Below are positions 19,714-30,706 of a stretch of DNA of 64,000 nt, in pieces. Each line of letters opens with the position of its first letter. Position 1 is the first letter of the stretch. Origin of the DNA: Candidatus Hadarchaeota archaeon (GTDB lineage: Archaea; Hadarchaeota; Hadarchaeia; Hadarchaeales; Hadarchaeaceae); contig CAZETV010000001.1 of NCBI GenBank assembly GCA_964514965.1, positions 889,239-953,238 on the forward strand. The letters run 5' to 3'. The notes under the pieces were generated by a model. That model was not told the DNA's origin and did no database searches. It was given only the letters and a program-made list of their open reading frames with translations. The position numbers and the translations under genes were made by a program.

Positions 19714-21660
19714 TTAAGTTTTAACGGATTGTTTTTCTATCATTTTTCTGAATTCTTCATATTCACGTTTTACTTCCTCTACAGAAGCTCCATCCTCCAA
19801 TGTGGTGACATCACCTAATGGTATCTGTGAGGCGATTGCTTTCAAAACTCTTCTCATAATTTTTCCGCTTCTTGTCTTCGGAAGTTTTGAAACGAAGTGT
19901 ATTTCCTCTGGTTTCGCGACAGGCCCAACAGAATTTCTTAAGTGTTTTGTTATTTCTTTTTTAAGTTCTTCGCTGGGTTCATATTTTTTTCTTAAAATAG
20001 CGAAAACTACAATAACTTCTCCCTTAATTTCATCCGGTTTGCCGATCACTGCGGCCTCTGCTACCGCTGGGTGGGAAACAACTGCGCTTTCTAGTTCCAT
20101 GGTGCCTAACCTGTGTCCCGCGATTTTTAAAACCTCATCCGCCCTGCCGAGCAGCCAGAAGTATCCTTCTGAGTCTTTTATACAATAATCTCCCGTATAG
20201 TAAACATTTGGAAACTTAGACCAGTAAGTTTGCTTATAACGCTCGGGGTCCTTGTATATTGTCATAAACATGCCTGGCCAAGGCTTCTTTATAATGAGGT
20301 AACCTCTTACGCCTGGATTCGCAGGTGTGCCGTTTTCTTCCACCACATCGGCGTCAATGCCTGGTAACGGGAATGTTGCAGATCCAGGTTTAAGAGGGAC
20401 CAATCCTATACCTGGCGCGGGTGAAATCATCACACCTCCTGTTTCTGTCTGCCACCAAGTGTCGACTATGGGGCAACGTTCTCCGCCTATGTTTTTGAAA
20501 TACCATCTCCATGCCTCTGGGTTTATTGGCTCTCCTACAGTGCCTAAGATTGATAGGCTACTCAAATCGTGTTTTTTAGGCCATTCTTCTCCGTATCTCA
20601 TGAACATGCGTATGGCTGTTGGCGATGTGTAAAAGATTGTTACCTTATATTTTTCGATTATTTCCCACCACCTGTCTGGATTTGGATAATCAGGTGCTCC
20701 TTCGTGTACAACTATAGAAGCCCCGTGCATTAGTGGTGCGTAAACAATTGAGCTGTGCCCGGTCACCCATCCCACATCAGCAGTGCACCAATATACGCTG
20801 TCTTCTTTTATGTCGAAAACCCATTCATAGATGGAATTTATAAAGGTCAGGTAACCTCCTGTGCTGTGGACTATGCCTTTTGGTTTTCCTGTCGTGCCTG
20901 ACGTATATAGAATGTAAAGTGGATGAGTGCTTTCTACAAGCTCTGGGAGAATATATTCCCCGACATCTTTTTTCGTGATTTCGTGGTACCATAAGTCTCT
21001 CCCTTTCTTCATGTTAACCTCTTGGCCTGTTCTTTTCACCACTATTACTCTCTCAATTGAGGGGGTATTCTCCACGGCAGCGTCTACTATCTCTTTTAAT
21101 GGTATTTTTTTACCTCTTCTGAAGCTGCCATCTGCCGTTATGAGCACTTTTGCTCCCGTGTCGTTCACACGATCCGCGAGTGCTATTGAGCTGAATCCAG
21201 AAAATATCACGGTGTGTATTGCGCCTATTCTTGCTGCTGCCAACATAGCAATGGGTAGTTCGGGGATCATAGGCAAATAGAGGGCTACCTTATCCCCGAC
21301 TTTGACTCCGAGTTTTTGAAGTGCTGATCCTAAACGATTTACCATCCGCCCCAGTTGCGAGTAACTTAATGTTCTTTCCTCACCGCCCTCTCCTTCCCAG
21401 TATATTGCTACTTTGTTTCTCCTCCAAGTTTTCAAGTGTCTATCGATACACAAAGAAGAGGCGTTGAGCATTCCTCCAACGAACCATTTTGCAAATGGAG
21501 GATTCCATTCAAGTACCTTATCCCATGTTTTGAACCATTCAAGTTTTCTCGCTTCTTGTCCCCAAAACTCTTCTGGGTTATCTAAGGACTTTCGGTACAT
21601 ATCTTCATATTTCTTTATCGGCCAATATTTCAGCTCTGCCGGGAGAGATTCTGGTTGCAT
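19714..21660 (-). CDS. acs: Acetyl-CoA synthetase (AMP-forming)
   Basis: 648 aa with adenylate-forming motifs (YTSGTTGKPKG, YWCTADVGWVTGHS, TGDY, PKTRSGKIMRR). Confidence 0.9.
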   Translation of the reverse strand: MQPESLPAELKYWPIKKYEDMYRKSLDNPEEFWGQEARKLEWFKTWDKVLEWNPPFAKWFVGGMLNASSLCIDRHLKTWRRNKVAIYWEGEGGEERTLSYSQLGRMVNRLGSALQKLGVKVGDKVALYLPMIPELPIAMLAAARIGAIHTVIFSGFSSIALADRVNDTGAKVLITADGSFRRGKKIPLKEIVDAAVENTPSIERVIVVKRTGQEVNMKKGRDLWYHEITKKDVGEYILPELVESTHPLYILYTSGTTGKPKGIVHSTGGYLTFINSIYEWVFDIKEDSVYWCTADVGWVTGHSSIVYAPLMHGASIVVHEGAPDYPNPDRWWEIIEKYKVTIFYTSPTAIRMFMRYGEEWPKKHDLSSLSILGTVGEPINPEAWRWYFKNIGGERCPIVDTWWQTETGGVMISPAPGIGLVPLKPGSATFPLPGIDADVVEENGTPANPGVRGYLIIKKPWPGMFMTIYKDPERYKQTYWSKFPNVYYTGDYCIKDSEGYFWLLGRADEVLKIAGHRLGTMELESAVVSHPAVAEAAVIGKPDEIKGEVIVVFAILRKKYEPSEELKKEITKHLRNSVGPVAKPEEIHFVSKLPKTRSGKIMRRVLKAIASQIPLGDVTTLEDGASVEEVKREYEEFRKMIEKQSVKT

Positions 21661-21812
21661 TTACAAACCACCGAGGTTTAAATTCAATTTTATTGGATTA
21701 AAACTTTTTTACTACATTATATATTTATCTTTCCAAGCAAATTGGACCAATAGAGTCAGTTATTAAGACCTTTAGTCATGTCTAAATATCTACTAATTGA
21801 AAGTGCGTTAGA

Positions 21813-23681
21813 ATGGACCAGATTTCAATCGTCTTTCAGCCTTATGGCAAGAGGGTTCGCGCGTCTAACGATGATGACATACTGGAGATTGCAAATAGGG
21901 CTGGAATAAACATCAGGAGTATATGCGGCGGTAAGGGGAGCTGCGGCAAGTGCAAGGTGATAATAAGAAAAGGGAGGATCGATTTTAGATACAATCAAAA
22001 GGAAAAGCTTCTGACGGAGGAAGAACTCTCAAGCGGGTATGTGTTGGCTTGTTTAACCCGCTGCGAGTCGGACTGTGAAGTGCTGGTTCCACCTGAGTCT
22101 AGAATTGAGGGGCAAAAAATACTCTCGGACGCCACGATACCTGAAATCCAGATTGACCCCGCGGTTAAGAAATTCTTTATCCCGCCCAAGCAACTCCGCG
22201 GCCAATCCGCCGAACAGCTCATGAAGAGCTTTCAATCGTTTACCAAGGCGCGCAGCTTCTCGGACGAAGTCGGTTCAAAGCTAAAATCTATCGCTGACCG
22301 ATGCGGCGAGGAAGGAGCAACCCTGACCGTTTGGTTGTTGAAGCCTACGAAGATTTTGGATGTAGAGATCGGGGATACATCGAAAAGGAACTTCGGCCTT
22401 GCAATCGATATCGGGACAACAAAGCTTTCTGCATATCTTGTGGACCTAACGACGGGGAAAATCCTCGGAAGTGAATCCGATTACAATCGACAGCTGATGT
22501 ACGGTGAAGACTTGGTTTCGAGAATTGGGTATACGGTGGACAGAGAAGATGGGATAAAAAACATGCAGAGGGCGGTACTTAATACAGCTAATAACTTGAT
22601 CAAAAGGCTAGCCTCGAATCACGGTGTGGAAGCGAGTTGGATAACTGACGTGTGTACTGCAGGGAACACCGTGATGACCTATTTTTTCCTGAATAAGGAT
22701 GCATCTCCCCTCCTCGAACCGAACGCTGAGGTATCAAAGCAATCGATGATTACGGATGCTCAGTCCATAGGTCTTGGGGTTAATTCCGAGGCAAAAGTTT
22801 ACTGCCTGCCTTGCGTGAGCAGATTTTTAGGCGGGGACATCATTGGGGACGTCCTGCTCTCGCGAATCTACGCGTCTGAAGAAATCTCTTTGCTTTTAGA
22901 TATCGGAACAAACGTTGAGGTCATCTTCGGGAGCAAGGGATGGTTCCTTTCTACGACTGCGGCTGCGGGTCCGGCTTTTGAAGGGTGGGGAATAAAATTC
23001 GGAATGAGGTCGGTCGAAGGAGCAATAGACCATGTGAAGATTGACCCGGAGACTCTAAAGGCGAGCTTTACAGTTATCGGAGGGGTGAAACCGAGGGGGA
23101 TATGTGGTTCGGGCTTGATAGATGCGATGAGCGAGATGTTCAGGAATGGTATCTTAGATAGCTTGGGGAAGGTGAATATGAAGCTGGGCTCCCCCTACGT
23201 TCGGAGCGGCGAGGAAGGGTATGAATACGTTGTGGCGCCAGCTTCTGAAACGGACATCGGCAAGGATATAGTCATAACCAAAAAGGACATTCTAAACCTC
23301 ATCGATTCCAAGGCCGCGGCTTGCTCCTCCATCAGCGTTATAATGAAAAAAATGAATTTGTCCGTGCACGATGTTGCCAATGTGTATGTTTGTGGTGCGT
23401 TTGCCAACTACATGGACCTGAACAGCGCGATGGCGATAGGGCTCCTGCCGGAATTCCCAAAAGCCCAAATGAAGTTCCTCGGAAACGGTTCGGTAGCCGG
23501 GGCTTATTTGACATTAATTTCTCAGGAGCAGAGGAAAAAAGCAGATGAGATAGCAAGCTTGATGGCTTACTTCGATTTGCTCAAGGATGCGGACTTTATG
23601 GATGAATATACGGCGGCCTACATGCTTCCCGGAAAACGTGAGCTTTTCCCGACATGGTGGGAAGCGAGCCGGAAAAGGTAA
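21813..23681 (+). CDS. Reductive activator of corrinoid iron-sulfur protein (RACo-like): 2Fe-2S ferredoxin plus ASKHA ATPase
   Basis: N-terminal plant-type ferredoxin Cys motif (CGGKGSCGKCKV...C) followed by an ASKHA-like ATPase domain (DIGTTKL...); convergent with cdhE. Confidence 0.7.
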   Translation: MDQISIVFQPYGKRVRASNDDDILEIANRAGINIRSICGGKGSCGKCKVIIRKGRIDFRYNQKEKLLTEEELSSGYVLACLTRCESDCEVLVPPESRIEGQKILSDATIPEIQIDPAVKKFFIPPKQLRGQSAEQLMKSFQSFTKARSFSDEVGSKLKSIADRCGEEGATLTVWLLKPTKILDVEIGDTSKRNFGLAIDIGTTKLSAYLVDLTTGKILGSESDYNRQLMYGEDLVSRIGYTVDREDGIKNMQRAVLNTANNLIKRLASNHGVEASWITDVCTAGNTVMTYFFLNKDASPLLEPNAEVSKQSMITDAQSIGLGVNSEAKVYCLPCVSRFLGGDIIGDVLLSRIYASEEISLLLDIGTNVEVIFGSKGWFLSTTAAAGPAFEGWGIKFGMRSVEGAIDHVKIDPETLKASFTVIGGVKPRGICGSGLIDAMSEMFRNGILDSLGKVNMKLGSPYVRSGEEGYEYVVAPASETDIGKDIVITKKDILNLIDSKAAACSSISVIMKKMNLSVHDVANVYVCGAFANYMDLNSAMAIGLLPEFPKAQMKFLGNGSVAGAYLTLISQEQRKKADEIASLMAYFDLLKDADFMDEYTAAYMLPGKRELFPTWWEASRKR

Positions 23682-23698
23682 GGATACATTTTCGTCGT

Positions 23699-25117
23699 TT
23701 AGGAGTTTTTCCATTTCTCTTTGACGAATTTCGATATTCCCGAGGAGTCCCGGGGCCCTACCATAACTTCCCACCCGGTCTCGTCTTCGATCTCCCCCGA
23801 AAGCCTTGCGGCCATCCCCGGGATTATGAGCTTTTTGTGTTTGACCATTTTTTCTACGCCGGATTCCTTGACGACCTCGGCCACCTGCTTTGCGGTCAGC
23901 TTTCTACCGGCAACGGCGCTCTCAAGAGATATCCCTTCGGAGTCGGCCACGAGCAGGTAGCAATCGATTTTAGCGGCCTCGATATCCCCAGAGACGATAT
24001 AATATGTCAGGGCGAAGTTGCTCGTCACGAAAACGGGGGATGTTTCATTTGGATTGCCTATAGGCCTCAATCCGGGTTTGACCGAGACGGGCTTTCTAGG
24101 GTCTGTGTACATGTTGAATCTTAGCACGACGTTCGGCAATAGGGTCCAGCCCTCTAAACTGTGCATTATCAATATGTCTGTATACCTCTCTATCAGCATG
24201 GCCGCCACGAGCGCCTCTCGCCAAGCCTTCGATTGACCTTCCCCATTAGATGATGCCCACGCGGTTATCGGGGTTCCCATCAAGGGAAAACCGGATAGTT
24301 TATCTTCTTCGTTGCAAGCCTTCCATCGGAGCATCGTGAGCGCGTTTATGGTTGATGATAGACCTTCGCCGGAAAATGTGCCTGGGTCGATCACCAAGTT
24401 TTTCACACCATAGTCCAAGAGCGTTTTGGTCAGGGATCTTAACGTGCCCAAGTCATTCGGGCTGGAAACGGTCAAAGGACACTTATGCTTTAAAGAGAGC
24501 TCGGCCATCTCCTTCCAGTTATCCTTCGTTGCCGCGTAGAGAAGGGGGCTACTATCCCCGATTGCCGATAATCCTGCCTTCATGACTTCCGGGTTCAACG
24601 AACAGAGGACAAGGGGTAGGTTCGTGTTATTGCTCACAAATTTCACGATTTTCCCGAATTTTTTTGGTTCGTTTGAAACCGATCTAACGGCCAAGGCGTC
24701 GAGAGTTAGCTCCTTTCCTATGTAAGTGTAATCGAAATTTTCAACGAACTTGATTCTTTTCATCAACTCACTTTCACTCATTTCATCGGTTACATCGAGG
24801 GCGATCGTTGTGGGGTTAAAGTAAGTTAGTTCGTGCCTATGCATGACGAATTCTCCCCCGATCTTTGCCACTTTGCCCTTGTTCCCGAATTCCACCTCGT
24901 TCACGGATGGGCTCAGCATAACCTTCAACTCCGAGTAATTCTTCTTGTACTTTTCATCCTCCAAGAGCGGGGAGCACTTTTCGATTTTTGTCTCCATGTT
25001 CACGAGTCCCACTGCGAAGGCCATGCAGTTTTCCGCTCCGCACTTCTTGCAGTTGGTCCGCGGGAGCAGCGTGTAAACTTTGATTGGGCTAATGTTCTTC
25101 TTAGGCACTTCAACCAC
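23699..25117 (-). CDS. cdhE: CODH/ACS gamma subunit (corrinoid Fe-S protein large subunit)
   Basis: N-terminal 4Fe-4S motif (CKKCGAENCMAF) and TIM-barrel corrinoid-binding region; 472 aa. Confidence 0.85.
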   Translation of the reverse strand: MVEVPKKNISPIKVYTLLPRTNCKKCGAENCMAFAVGLVNMETKIEKCSPLLEDEKYKKNYSELKVMLSPSVNEVEFGNKGKVAKIGGEFVMHRHELTYFNPTTIALDVTDEMSESELMKRIKFVENFDYTYIGKELTLDALAVRSVSNEPKKFGKIVKFVSNNTNLPLVLCSLNPEVMKAGLSAIGDSSPLLYAATKDNWKEMAELSLKHKCPLTVSSPNDLGTLRSLTKTLLDYGVKNLVIDPGTFSGEGLSSTINALTMLRWKACNEEDKLSGFPLMGTPITAWASSNGEGQSKAWREALVAAMLIERYTDILIMHSLEGWTLLPNVVLRFNMYTDPRKPVSVKPGLRPIGNPNETSPVFVTSNFALTYYIVSGDIEAAKIDCYLLVADSEGISLESAVAGRKLTAKQVAEVVKESGVEKMVKHKKLIIPGMAARLSGEIEDETGWEVMVGPRDSSGISKFVKEKWKNS

Positions 25118-26294
25118 CTAATTTCGCCGATGTCCAGTCGGGGATCTCCCTCGCTACCCCATTTTTGAGTAGATAATCGACGATTTCTTTTACAGTTTTC
25201 ACGGATGTTGGATGAAGCATCATGAGGTAATCCGCGCCGGCCAAGAGCATGGACAAAGCCGTTATAGTTTCCCATATGGGCCCTCTGATTTCCTTCGGGC
25301 CCCATATTGGTTCCATCTCCAACCAGGCCTCTCTGGAAGCCCAAGCGTTCGATATCCCAGAGACCAATGGGTGCTGAAGTTCTTGGTCACCTTTCAGAGC
25401 TGCAAGCCTAGCCCGCTCCGCGATGGTGAACCCATATTCAAGACCATAACCTATCCCTGCGCAATTCGTGTCCATAACTATTTGGTTCTTTGATAGATAA
25501 TCGTATAGCCTTCGGTTGAGCTCTCTAGCCTTGTCCAAGTCCATCTGTGTGAAAGCGATGGCCACATGCCCATGCTCTTTGAATGGTTTGCTTGCTTTCT
25601 CGATATCCATGTCCAAGTTGAGAGAGTTTATCAGGAGCCTTTCGCCAGACCCCGCCTCGGCTACTTTTTCAAATACCTCAACATCTTTGGCGGGATTTCC
25701 AGAACCTCCCACGCATAGCGGAACCTTAATGGCTTGGAGAACTTCTTCGATTAACCTCGCCGAGTCTCGAGGAGAAGTGTCTTTAATGTACGGATCCGTG
25801 CTCACCAAGTGTAGGTTAACCATATCTGCGCCGTATTTTTCAACACATTGTTTGGCCCACTCAGGGGGATCTTCTAGCGCATCGCCGAAATAGCTCCTGA
25901 CCGCCCCGGGGAGTGTGATTTTCATGTCGAACACATCCATAGATATCACTGGACGGTGCACCATGGAGCCCTCGAACGTGTAGAATGCCGCTGTAGTCTC
26001 GCCCCCTATGATGTAATTCCTGTCCCGCGTCCCCTCATCGTTCACCTTGGCACCCAGTGTGACTTCGGGGATTTTTCCGACCCACTCGGTTTTCGGAAGA
26101 CTGAATTCGGCCTTGGCCAACTCAGTCGGTTTTACTTTGGTGGGGATAACTCTGTGGAGGGTTGGGAGCATTTTTAATGCTAGTTCTTTAACATCGATTG
26201 TAACGTCTTCCAGCTCAAGCTCTTCATACTTTGACAAATTTCCAACTAAACTGTCGCTGAGTTTTTTGGCGAGGTCATCTTCTTTTTTTGCCAT
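25110..26294 (-). CDS. cdhD: CODH/ACS delta subunit (corrinoid Fe-S protein small subunit)
   Basis: 394 aa TIM-barrel protein between cdhC and cdhE. Confidence 0.8.
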   Translation of the reverse strand: MAKKEDDLAKKLSDSLVGNLSKYEELELEDVTIDVKELALKMLPTLHRVIPTKVKPTELAKAEFSLPKTEWVGKIPEVTLGAKVNDEGTRDRNYIIGGETTAAFYTFEGSMVHRPVISMDVFDMKITLPGAVRSYFGDALEDPPEWAKQCVEKYGADMVNLHLVSTDPYIKDTSPRDSARLIEEVLQAIKVPLCVGGSGNPAKDVEVFEKVAEAGSGERLLINSLNLDMDIEKASKPFKEHGHVAIAFTQMDLDKARELNRRLYDYLSKNQIVMDTNCAGIGYGLEYGFTIAERARLAALKGDQELQHPLVSGISNAWASREAWLEMEPIWGPKEIRGPIWETITALSMLLAGADYLMMLHPTSVKTVKEIVDYLLKNGVAREIPDWTSAKLGG

Positions 26295-26315
26295 CTCATC
26301 CCTCTAAAGTAATGA

Positions 26316-27695
26316 TTACTCTTTTTTCTTTCGTCTTCGAATGATGACTTTTTCGGCATGGATTTTCGCGTTTTTAAGGATGATGGTAAAGCCGCCAGTC
26401 GTTGGTATTGCGATCTCCCCGGTCGATTCAGCAGGTACGGGCTCGTTGACCTCAGCTGGTGCAGCAACTTCTGGCGTGGCCTTCCAGCGCTCGGTGACTG
26501 GGTGTGTATGTGTCTCAAGGAACCCCTTTAAATCATCAATTGTTCCTACGTCTTTTTCGGTCGCGATTTTGTCCACAACCTCGGCAGGTATGAAATTCTT
26601 GACTCTCTCTTTTATCACCGCGGGCATCCAGACTATACGGTTCCATCCTCCGTCCACTTGGAGAAACTTGGGAGACCTCATGTACTCAATCGACACACCG
26701 TGGAAACCATCGACTTGCCGTCCCCCCGCAGTTGAATCAGCCATTGCCGAAAATGTCAATCCATTAACGGCCGATCCCCTGAAATCTCTGTGAATCAATC
26801 CAATCCCATCCACTTCAGGAATGTAGAACGCTGTCCCTTCAAAGCAGCCACATGATGTGTGAGGGTGATCAAATGCCGTGTATAACTGCACTCTGTCATA
26901 CTCCCCGAGCGTTTTTTCCTTCACTATTTTGTTAACACCTTCGAATTCGCCTGCAAACTCGTCGATGGTTTTTCCCTTTTTTATTTCAAAGATTGAACCC
27001 TTGGGATCAACTCGCGCGGCGGCCCTTCCATCGAACCAACTTATGGCACCGCAATTGGCGTATCTTTGTGGGGTTATTATGCAAACGTGAGTTGGAGCGA
27101 AGGATTGACAAAGTGTGCACCCGTAAAAAACCTCAACATCGCCGTCCTTCAATCCTCGAGCCCTAGCATCGCGGGCCTCGTAGATTTTGAGGGCCTCGGA
27201 GTGCATTTCCTGTACTTTCGAGGGGTCCGTGATGAAGGTGATTTGTATTTTTTCGATGATTGGCAATTCACTTCTGTATAACCTTTCCAAGACTTTTCCA
27301 ATCAATTGAAGAGTCAATCCTTTTTTGACTGACTTTTTGCTCACGCGGAACCAGATGTCATAACGCTGGTTTAGGTGCATGAACCCCTCGATGTAGTTGC
27401 AGAAATCGTGGATATGCCTCTCGAAGACTCCTTCCATCTCCTCATCGAGTTCATTGCCGGCAACTTCGATGTAGATTCCAAGTGGGACAGAACTCCCTTC
27501 CTTCAAATCCTTGAGTTCCGGGCCTATTACGGTGATTTTTCCGTCCTCAACATCATCCTTTACCCGCAAAAGTTCAAATTTATAATTTACTTTAGTTCCA
27601 CCGAACTCTACGTGCATGTCTGGCTTCCGGATTCTCTCTCCCTCGTATATCACTCCTACATCTACTGGGATGTCTGCAAACATGCCAGTTTTCAT
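26316..27695 (-). CDS. cdhC: CODH/ACS beta subunit (acetyl-CoA synthase, A-cluster)
   Basis: 459 aa with A-cluster cysteine region (CTLCQSF...C, HTSCGCFEG). Confidence 0.85.
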   Translation of the reverse strand: MKTGMFADIPVDVGVIYEGERIRKPDMHVEFGGTKVNYKFELLRVKDDVEDGKITVIGPELKDLKEGSSVPLGIYIEVAGNELDEEMEGVFERHIHDFCNYIEGFMHLNQRYDIWFRVSKKSVKKGLTLQLIGKVLERLYRSELPIIEKIQITFITDPSKVQEMHSEALKIYEARDARARGLKDGDVEVFYGCTLCQSFAPTHVCIITPQRYANCGAISWFDGRAAARVDPKGSIFEIKKGKTIDEFAGEFEGVNKIVKEKTLGEYDRVQLYTAFDHPHTSCGCFEGTAFYIPEVDGIGLIHRDFRGSAVNGLTFSAMADSTAGGRQVDGFHGVSIEYMRSPKFLQVDGGWNRIVWMPAVIKERVKNFIPAEVVDKIATEKDVGTIDDLKGFLETHTHPVTERWKATPEVAAPAEVNEPVPAESTGEIAIPTTGGFTIILKNAKIHAEKVIIRRRKKKE

Positions 27696-28228
27696 TTCCC
27701 TTCCACCTTTTGAGCAATTATTTCCAAATTTTCATGCCAATTTTTAAGCGAGAGATTTGGGAAAGACCAACTGCAATGTGGCTGATAAAATCTGTTTATG
27801 GAGATCGTCTTGAGGTTGGGAACAAAGGATTTGAGCCCAGATTCGATTACCCATTCCATATAATATGGGATTCCTAAGAGCAACGCGAGGTCGTGGGAAC
27901 TTCCTTCACCAGAAACGCTCCACTCCGGGTCGGTGAGTCTAGTACCTATATCCATCGCGGACATCCAGGCATCTGGCTGAAAATCCCTCTTAAGGAACTC
28001 CGCAACAGTTTGAGCAGTGGCAACTACAGGTATTTTCGCAGCTCTTGCGATGCGAATGACATAATCGATTGGCTTTTTATTCCCCAAATCTACTTCAGCA
28101 GCCTCATGCCCGACGATGAAAATCGGACGTTTGGCTTTCTTTATCATCGTGGAGGCAACTTCCGGATTTTTAATCACGAGGGCCTTTTTCGGACCAGGAA
28201 TTTCAGCTTTCTGCCAAGGCTCGGCCAT
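27692..28228 (-). CDS. cdhB: CODH/ACS epsilon subunit
   Basis: 178 aa protein between cdhA and cdhC, the conserved position and size of the epsilon subunit. Confidence 0.7.
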   Translation of the reverse strand: MAEPWQKAEIPGPKKALVIKNPEVASTMIKKAKRPIFIVGHEAAEVDLGNKKPIDYVIRIARAAKIPVVATAQTVAEFLKRDFQPDAWMSAMDIGTRLTDPEWSVSGEGSSHDLALLLGIPYYMEWVIESGLKSFVPNLKTISINRFYQPHCSWSFPNLSLKNWHENLEIIAQKVEGK

Positions 28229-28230
28229 GT

Positions 28231-30573
28231 TTATTCCTTCTTCGTTCTGATGAGTCTATGTATCAGTGTGGGATCTGGAATTTCGCTCTCCTTCCAGCCC
28301 TTCTCTTTGAGTACTCCTATTACCTCATCCTTCATCGTAATTGGGATGTCGCCGACTGAACGCACAAATAAGTGGATATCTTCGGGTAAGATTCTGTAAA
28401 GCCTCCTGTGCAGATCAATGTAATGATTCAGCTTTATTGCTCTACCTTTAGTTGTGTCGTTGGGCCTCATGCAAAGTTTGGGTATCATTACCATTGCTTC
28501 CTCTTTTGTCTCCGCCGTGCAGAATAAATGTTCAGGCGTCGGTCCTACATAAACGCGCTTCCCTGAGCGAGCGTCAAGCACATACCAGTCCTCCTCACGA
28601 TCTTCCCTCCCCAAGAGCATGCGTCTATATTTAGACCCGTGTGGGCCGACGATGACCGGAATACCCAGCCGCCAACAACCGCTGGCTATGGAAGCGGCCT
28701 TTTGGGACATAGCCCCCCAAGCTACACCAACCGCACCAACCCGATTGTGTATATAGTCTGCGATTTCCTCGTAATTTGCACGGAGCTTACGCTTAGCGAA
28801 AATGCTCGCTATCTTGATCGCGGCCCCTGTTATGTGAGAATTGGCGACACAAGAGCCAACGTTGACGAGCCCGCCGGCATCGAACACGCCGGAGTATGTT
28901 TCGTAAAGGCCGATCCCTTCCTCATTTTTATAATTCGCGATACTCATGGCGGAGCATCCCGAAGTTGTTATAATGTAGCGGCGCTTTGCGAATTCATTGA
29001 CCATGTTTCCAACATCTTTCCAGCTACCCGGATAGTTCGAGCAACCTACGAATGCCACGATTCCAGGTATCTCACCCAAGACTATTGGAGAACCCACCCG
29101 CCTTATTTCTACATCTTGGATCGCGCCCCTGCCAACCCGAATTTTACTCTTTTCCTCTTTGATCTTCGACCTCGATGCTCCGACTATCATGGTGTGTGGG
29201 AGCAAATTTTGGGGGCAGACCCACTCGCAACGCCCACAGCCTATGCAAGAATCGTAGAGGTCCGCGAACTTCTGTAAGTCCCTTTTAGCTGCTGCCTCCA
29301 TAGCTTCGGGAATGAGCAAATCGTTTGGACAGGCCCGCCTGCATGCATCGCACTTCGTGCATCGCTGTGCTGCCTTGATTATCTTCCCTTTCGCTGGAAC
29401 CACTTTGAACTTGTTTCGTTTTGGAGCTACTTCAATCGCTACTCTAACAGCTACTTCTCCAACCTTTTCTGGATCGACGATAAACGCGCCAGGGCTCTTC
29501 CCTTCCACGAGATCTCTCACTATTTCATCCGCTGGATCCAAAGTTCGGTTGGGCAACCCTTGAGAATTCTTGGGGTTCGTCGCAATCAGAGGTGCCTTGA
29601 CCTTCTGAGCTTCAATGAGCACATCCGCACGAATGCATTGCTCATCGGTCACGATAACATCCGGGATCCCGTTCCTCACGAATCTTAGTTGCCAAGAGAG
29701 TGGCCCAACTATCTTGGCCCTCGAATGATGTCTGGTGATATCATGAGCTGTACAGCATAGCCCACAGAGCTCTACGTTTTCCTCAAGCCCCCTTTCTTTT
29801 AAGTAATCCATTATCCCAATTGCAGGCGGGACGTTGTGTCCGATGACTAAGATAACTGGCTTGGATGCATCGATGGAACCCATGCCTATTTCAGCGAGCG
29901 GAGCTTCTGGGTCAGCTTTTGGAAAACCGTAGGTCGAAATTTGCGCTATATCTGCTATCTCCATGGCGACATGATCTATCATGCCAGCATGGAACACTTT
30001 GGACTCAAAATCTAGATTGTTGCCTTCTTGCCCCGTATGGGTGGCAGAAAGGAGTTGGACGATTTCAGTCTCGCAGTAATCGAGAGCATCCTCCAAGTCT
30101 CCAAGCCTTCTGGGCTTGATACCCGTTACCAAGCGGAGGTGAGGGGCCTCAACTTCAACATTTTCCTCCCCCACGTTGATTGGATAATCTCGGCCATATT
30201 TCTCCATCAAATGGTCGAATAAGTGTCTGGCGTGACCGCAATGGGTTGCTGCCCCTATGCAACACGCTAGCAAGACGATGCGTGACTGCTGTGCCGACAT
30301 GTCGAGCCCGCATGCCCCTCGCTTTCCTTGGCTCAGATCGCACTTACCCATCGTGCATAGGCAACAGAGATCGCAGAACGGTAGATAAAATGGTTTGTAT
30401 TTATTTAAGAGCTTGAGATCCCATTCCCTCAGGGCCTCCATCTCAGGCATAGGAGTTGGACCAGCCTCTTCCTCCCACTCCTCTATAATTTTTCCTATGG
30501 TTAACTCGAGGCCTTTTGCCTTCACGAGGCCTGTTTCAAGTTCATCAAGTTTGATTCGCGCTTTGGAGCCCAC
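28231..30573 (-). CDS. cdhA: CODH/ACS alpha subunit (Ni-Fe CO dehydrogenase catalytic subunit)
   Basis: 780 aa with N-terminal Cys-rich cluster region and internal two-4Fe-4S ferredoxin insert (CTKCDACRRACP, CIGCGRCEWVCP), typical of archaeal CdhA. Confidence 0.9.
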   Translation of the reverse strand: MGSKARIKLDELETGLVKAKGLELTIGKIIEEWEEEAGPTPMPEMEALREWDLKLLNKYKPFYLPFCDLCCLCTMGKCDLSQGKRGACGLDMSAQQSRIVLLACCIGAATHCGHARHLFDHLMEKYGRDYPINVGEENVEVEAPHLRLVTGIKPRRLGDLEDALDYCETEIVQLLSATHTGQEGNNLDFESKVFHAGMIDHVAMEIADIAQISTYGFPKADPEAPLAEIGMGSIDASKPVILVIGHNVPPAIGIMDYLKERGLEENVELCGLCCTAHDITRHHSRAKIVGPLSWQLRFVRNGIPDVIVTDEQCIRADVLIEAQKVKAPLIATNPKNSQGLPNRTLDPADEIVRDLVEGKSPGAFIVDPEKVGEVAVRVAIEVAPKRNKFKVVPAKGKIIKAAQRCTKCDACRRACPNDLLIPEAMEAAAKRDLQKFADLYDSCIGCGRCEWVCPQNLLPHTMIVGASRSKIKEEKSKIRVGRGAIQDVEIRRVGSPIVLGEIPGIVAFVGCSNYPGSWKDVGNMVNEFAKRRYIITTSGCSAMSIANYKNEEGIGLYETYSGVFDAGGLVNVGSCVANSHITGAAIKIASIFAKRKLRANYEEIADYIHNRVGAVGVAWGAMSQKAASIASGCWRLGIPVIVGPHGSKYRRMLLGREDREEDWYVLDARSGKRVYVGPTPEHLFCTAETKEEAMVMIPKLCMRPNDTTKGRAIKLNHYIDLHRRLYRILPEDIHLFVRSVGDIPITMKDEVIGVLKEKGWKESEIPDPTLIHRLIRTKKE

Positions 30574-30706
30574 CGAATCGCCTTGTTTAAATTTGTATCT
30601 ACCAATAATAACCCTTTTGAATTGTATGGAATTTCTTATTCATTTTTTTGGAAAAAATACTTAAAAAAAATAATAAAACTAGGTACAAACTGGAATATAG
30701 AAAAAA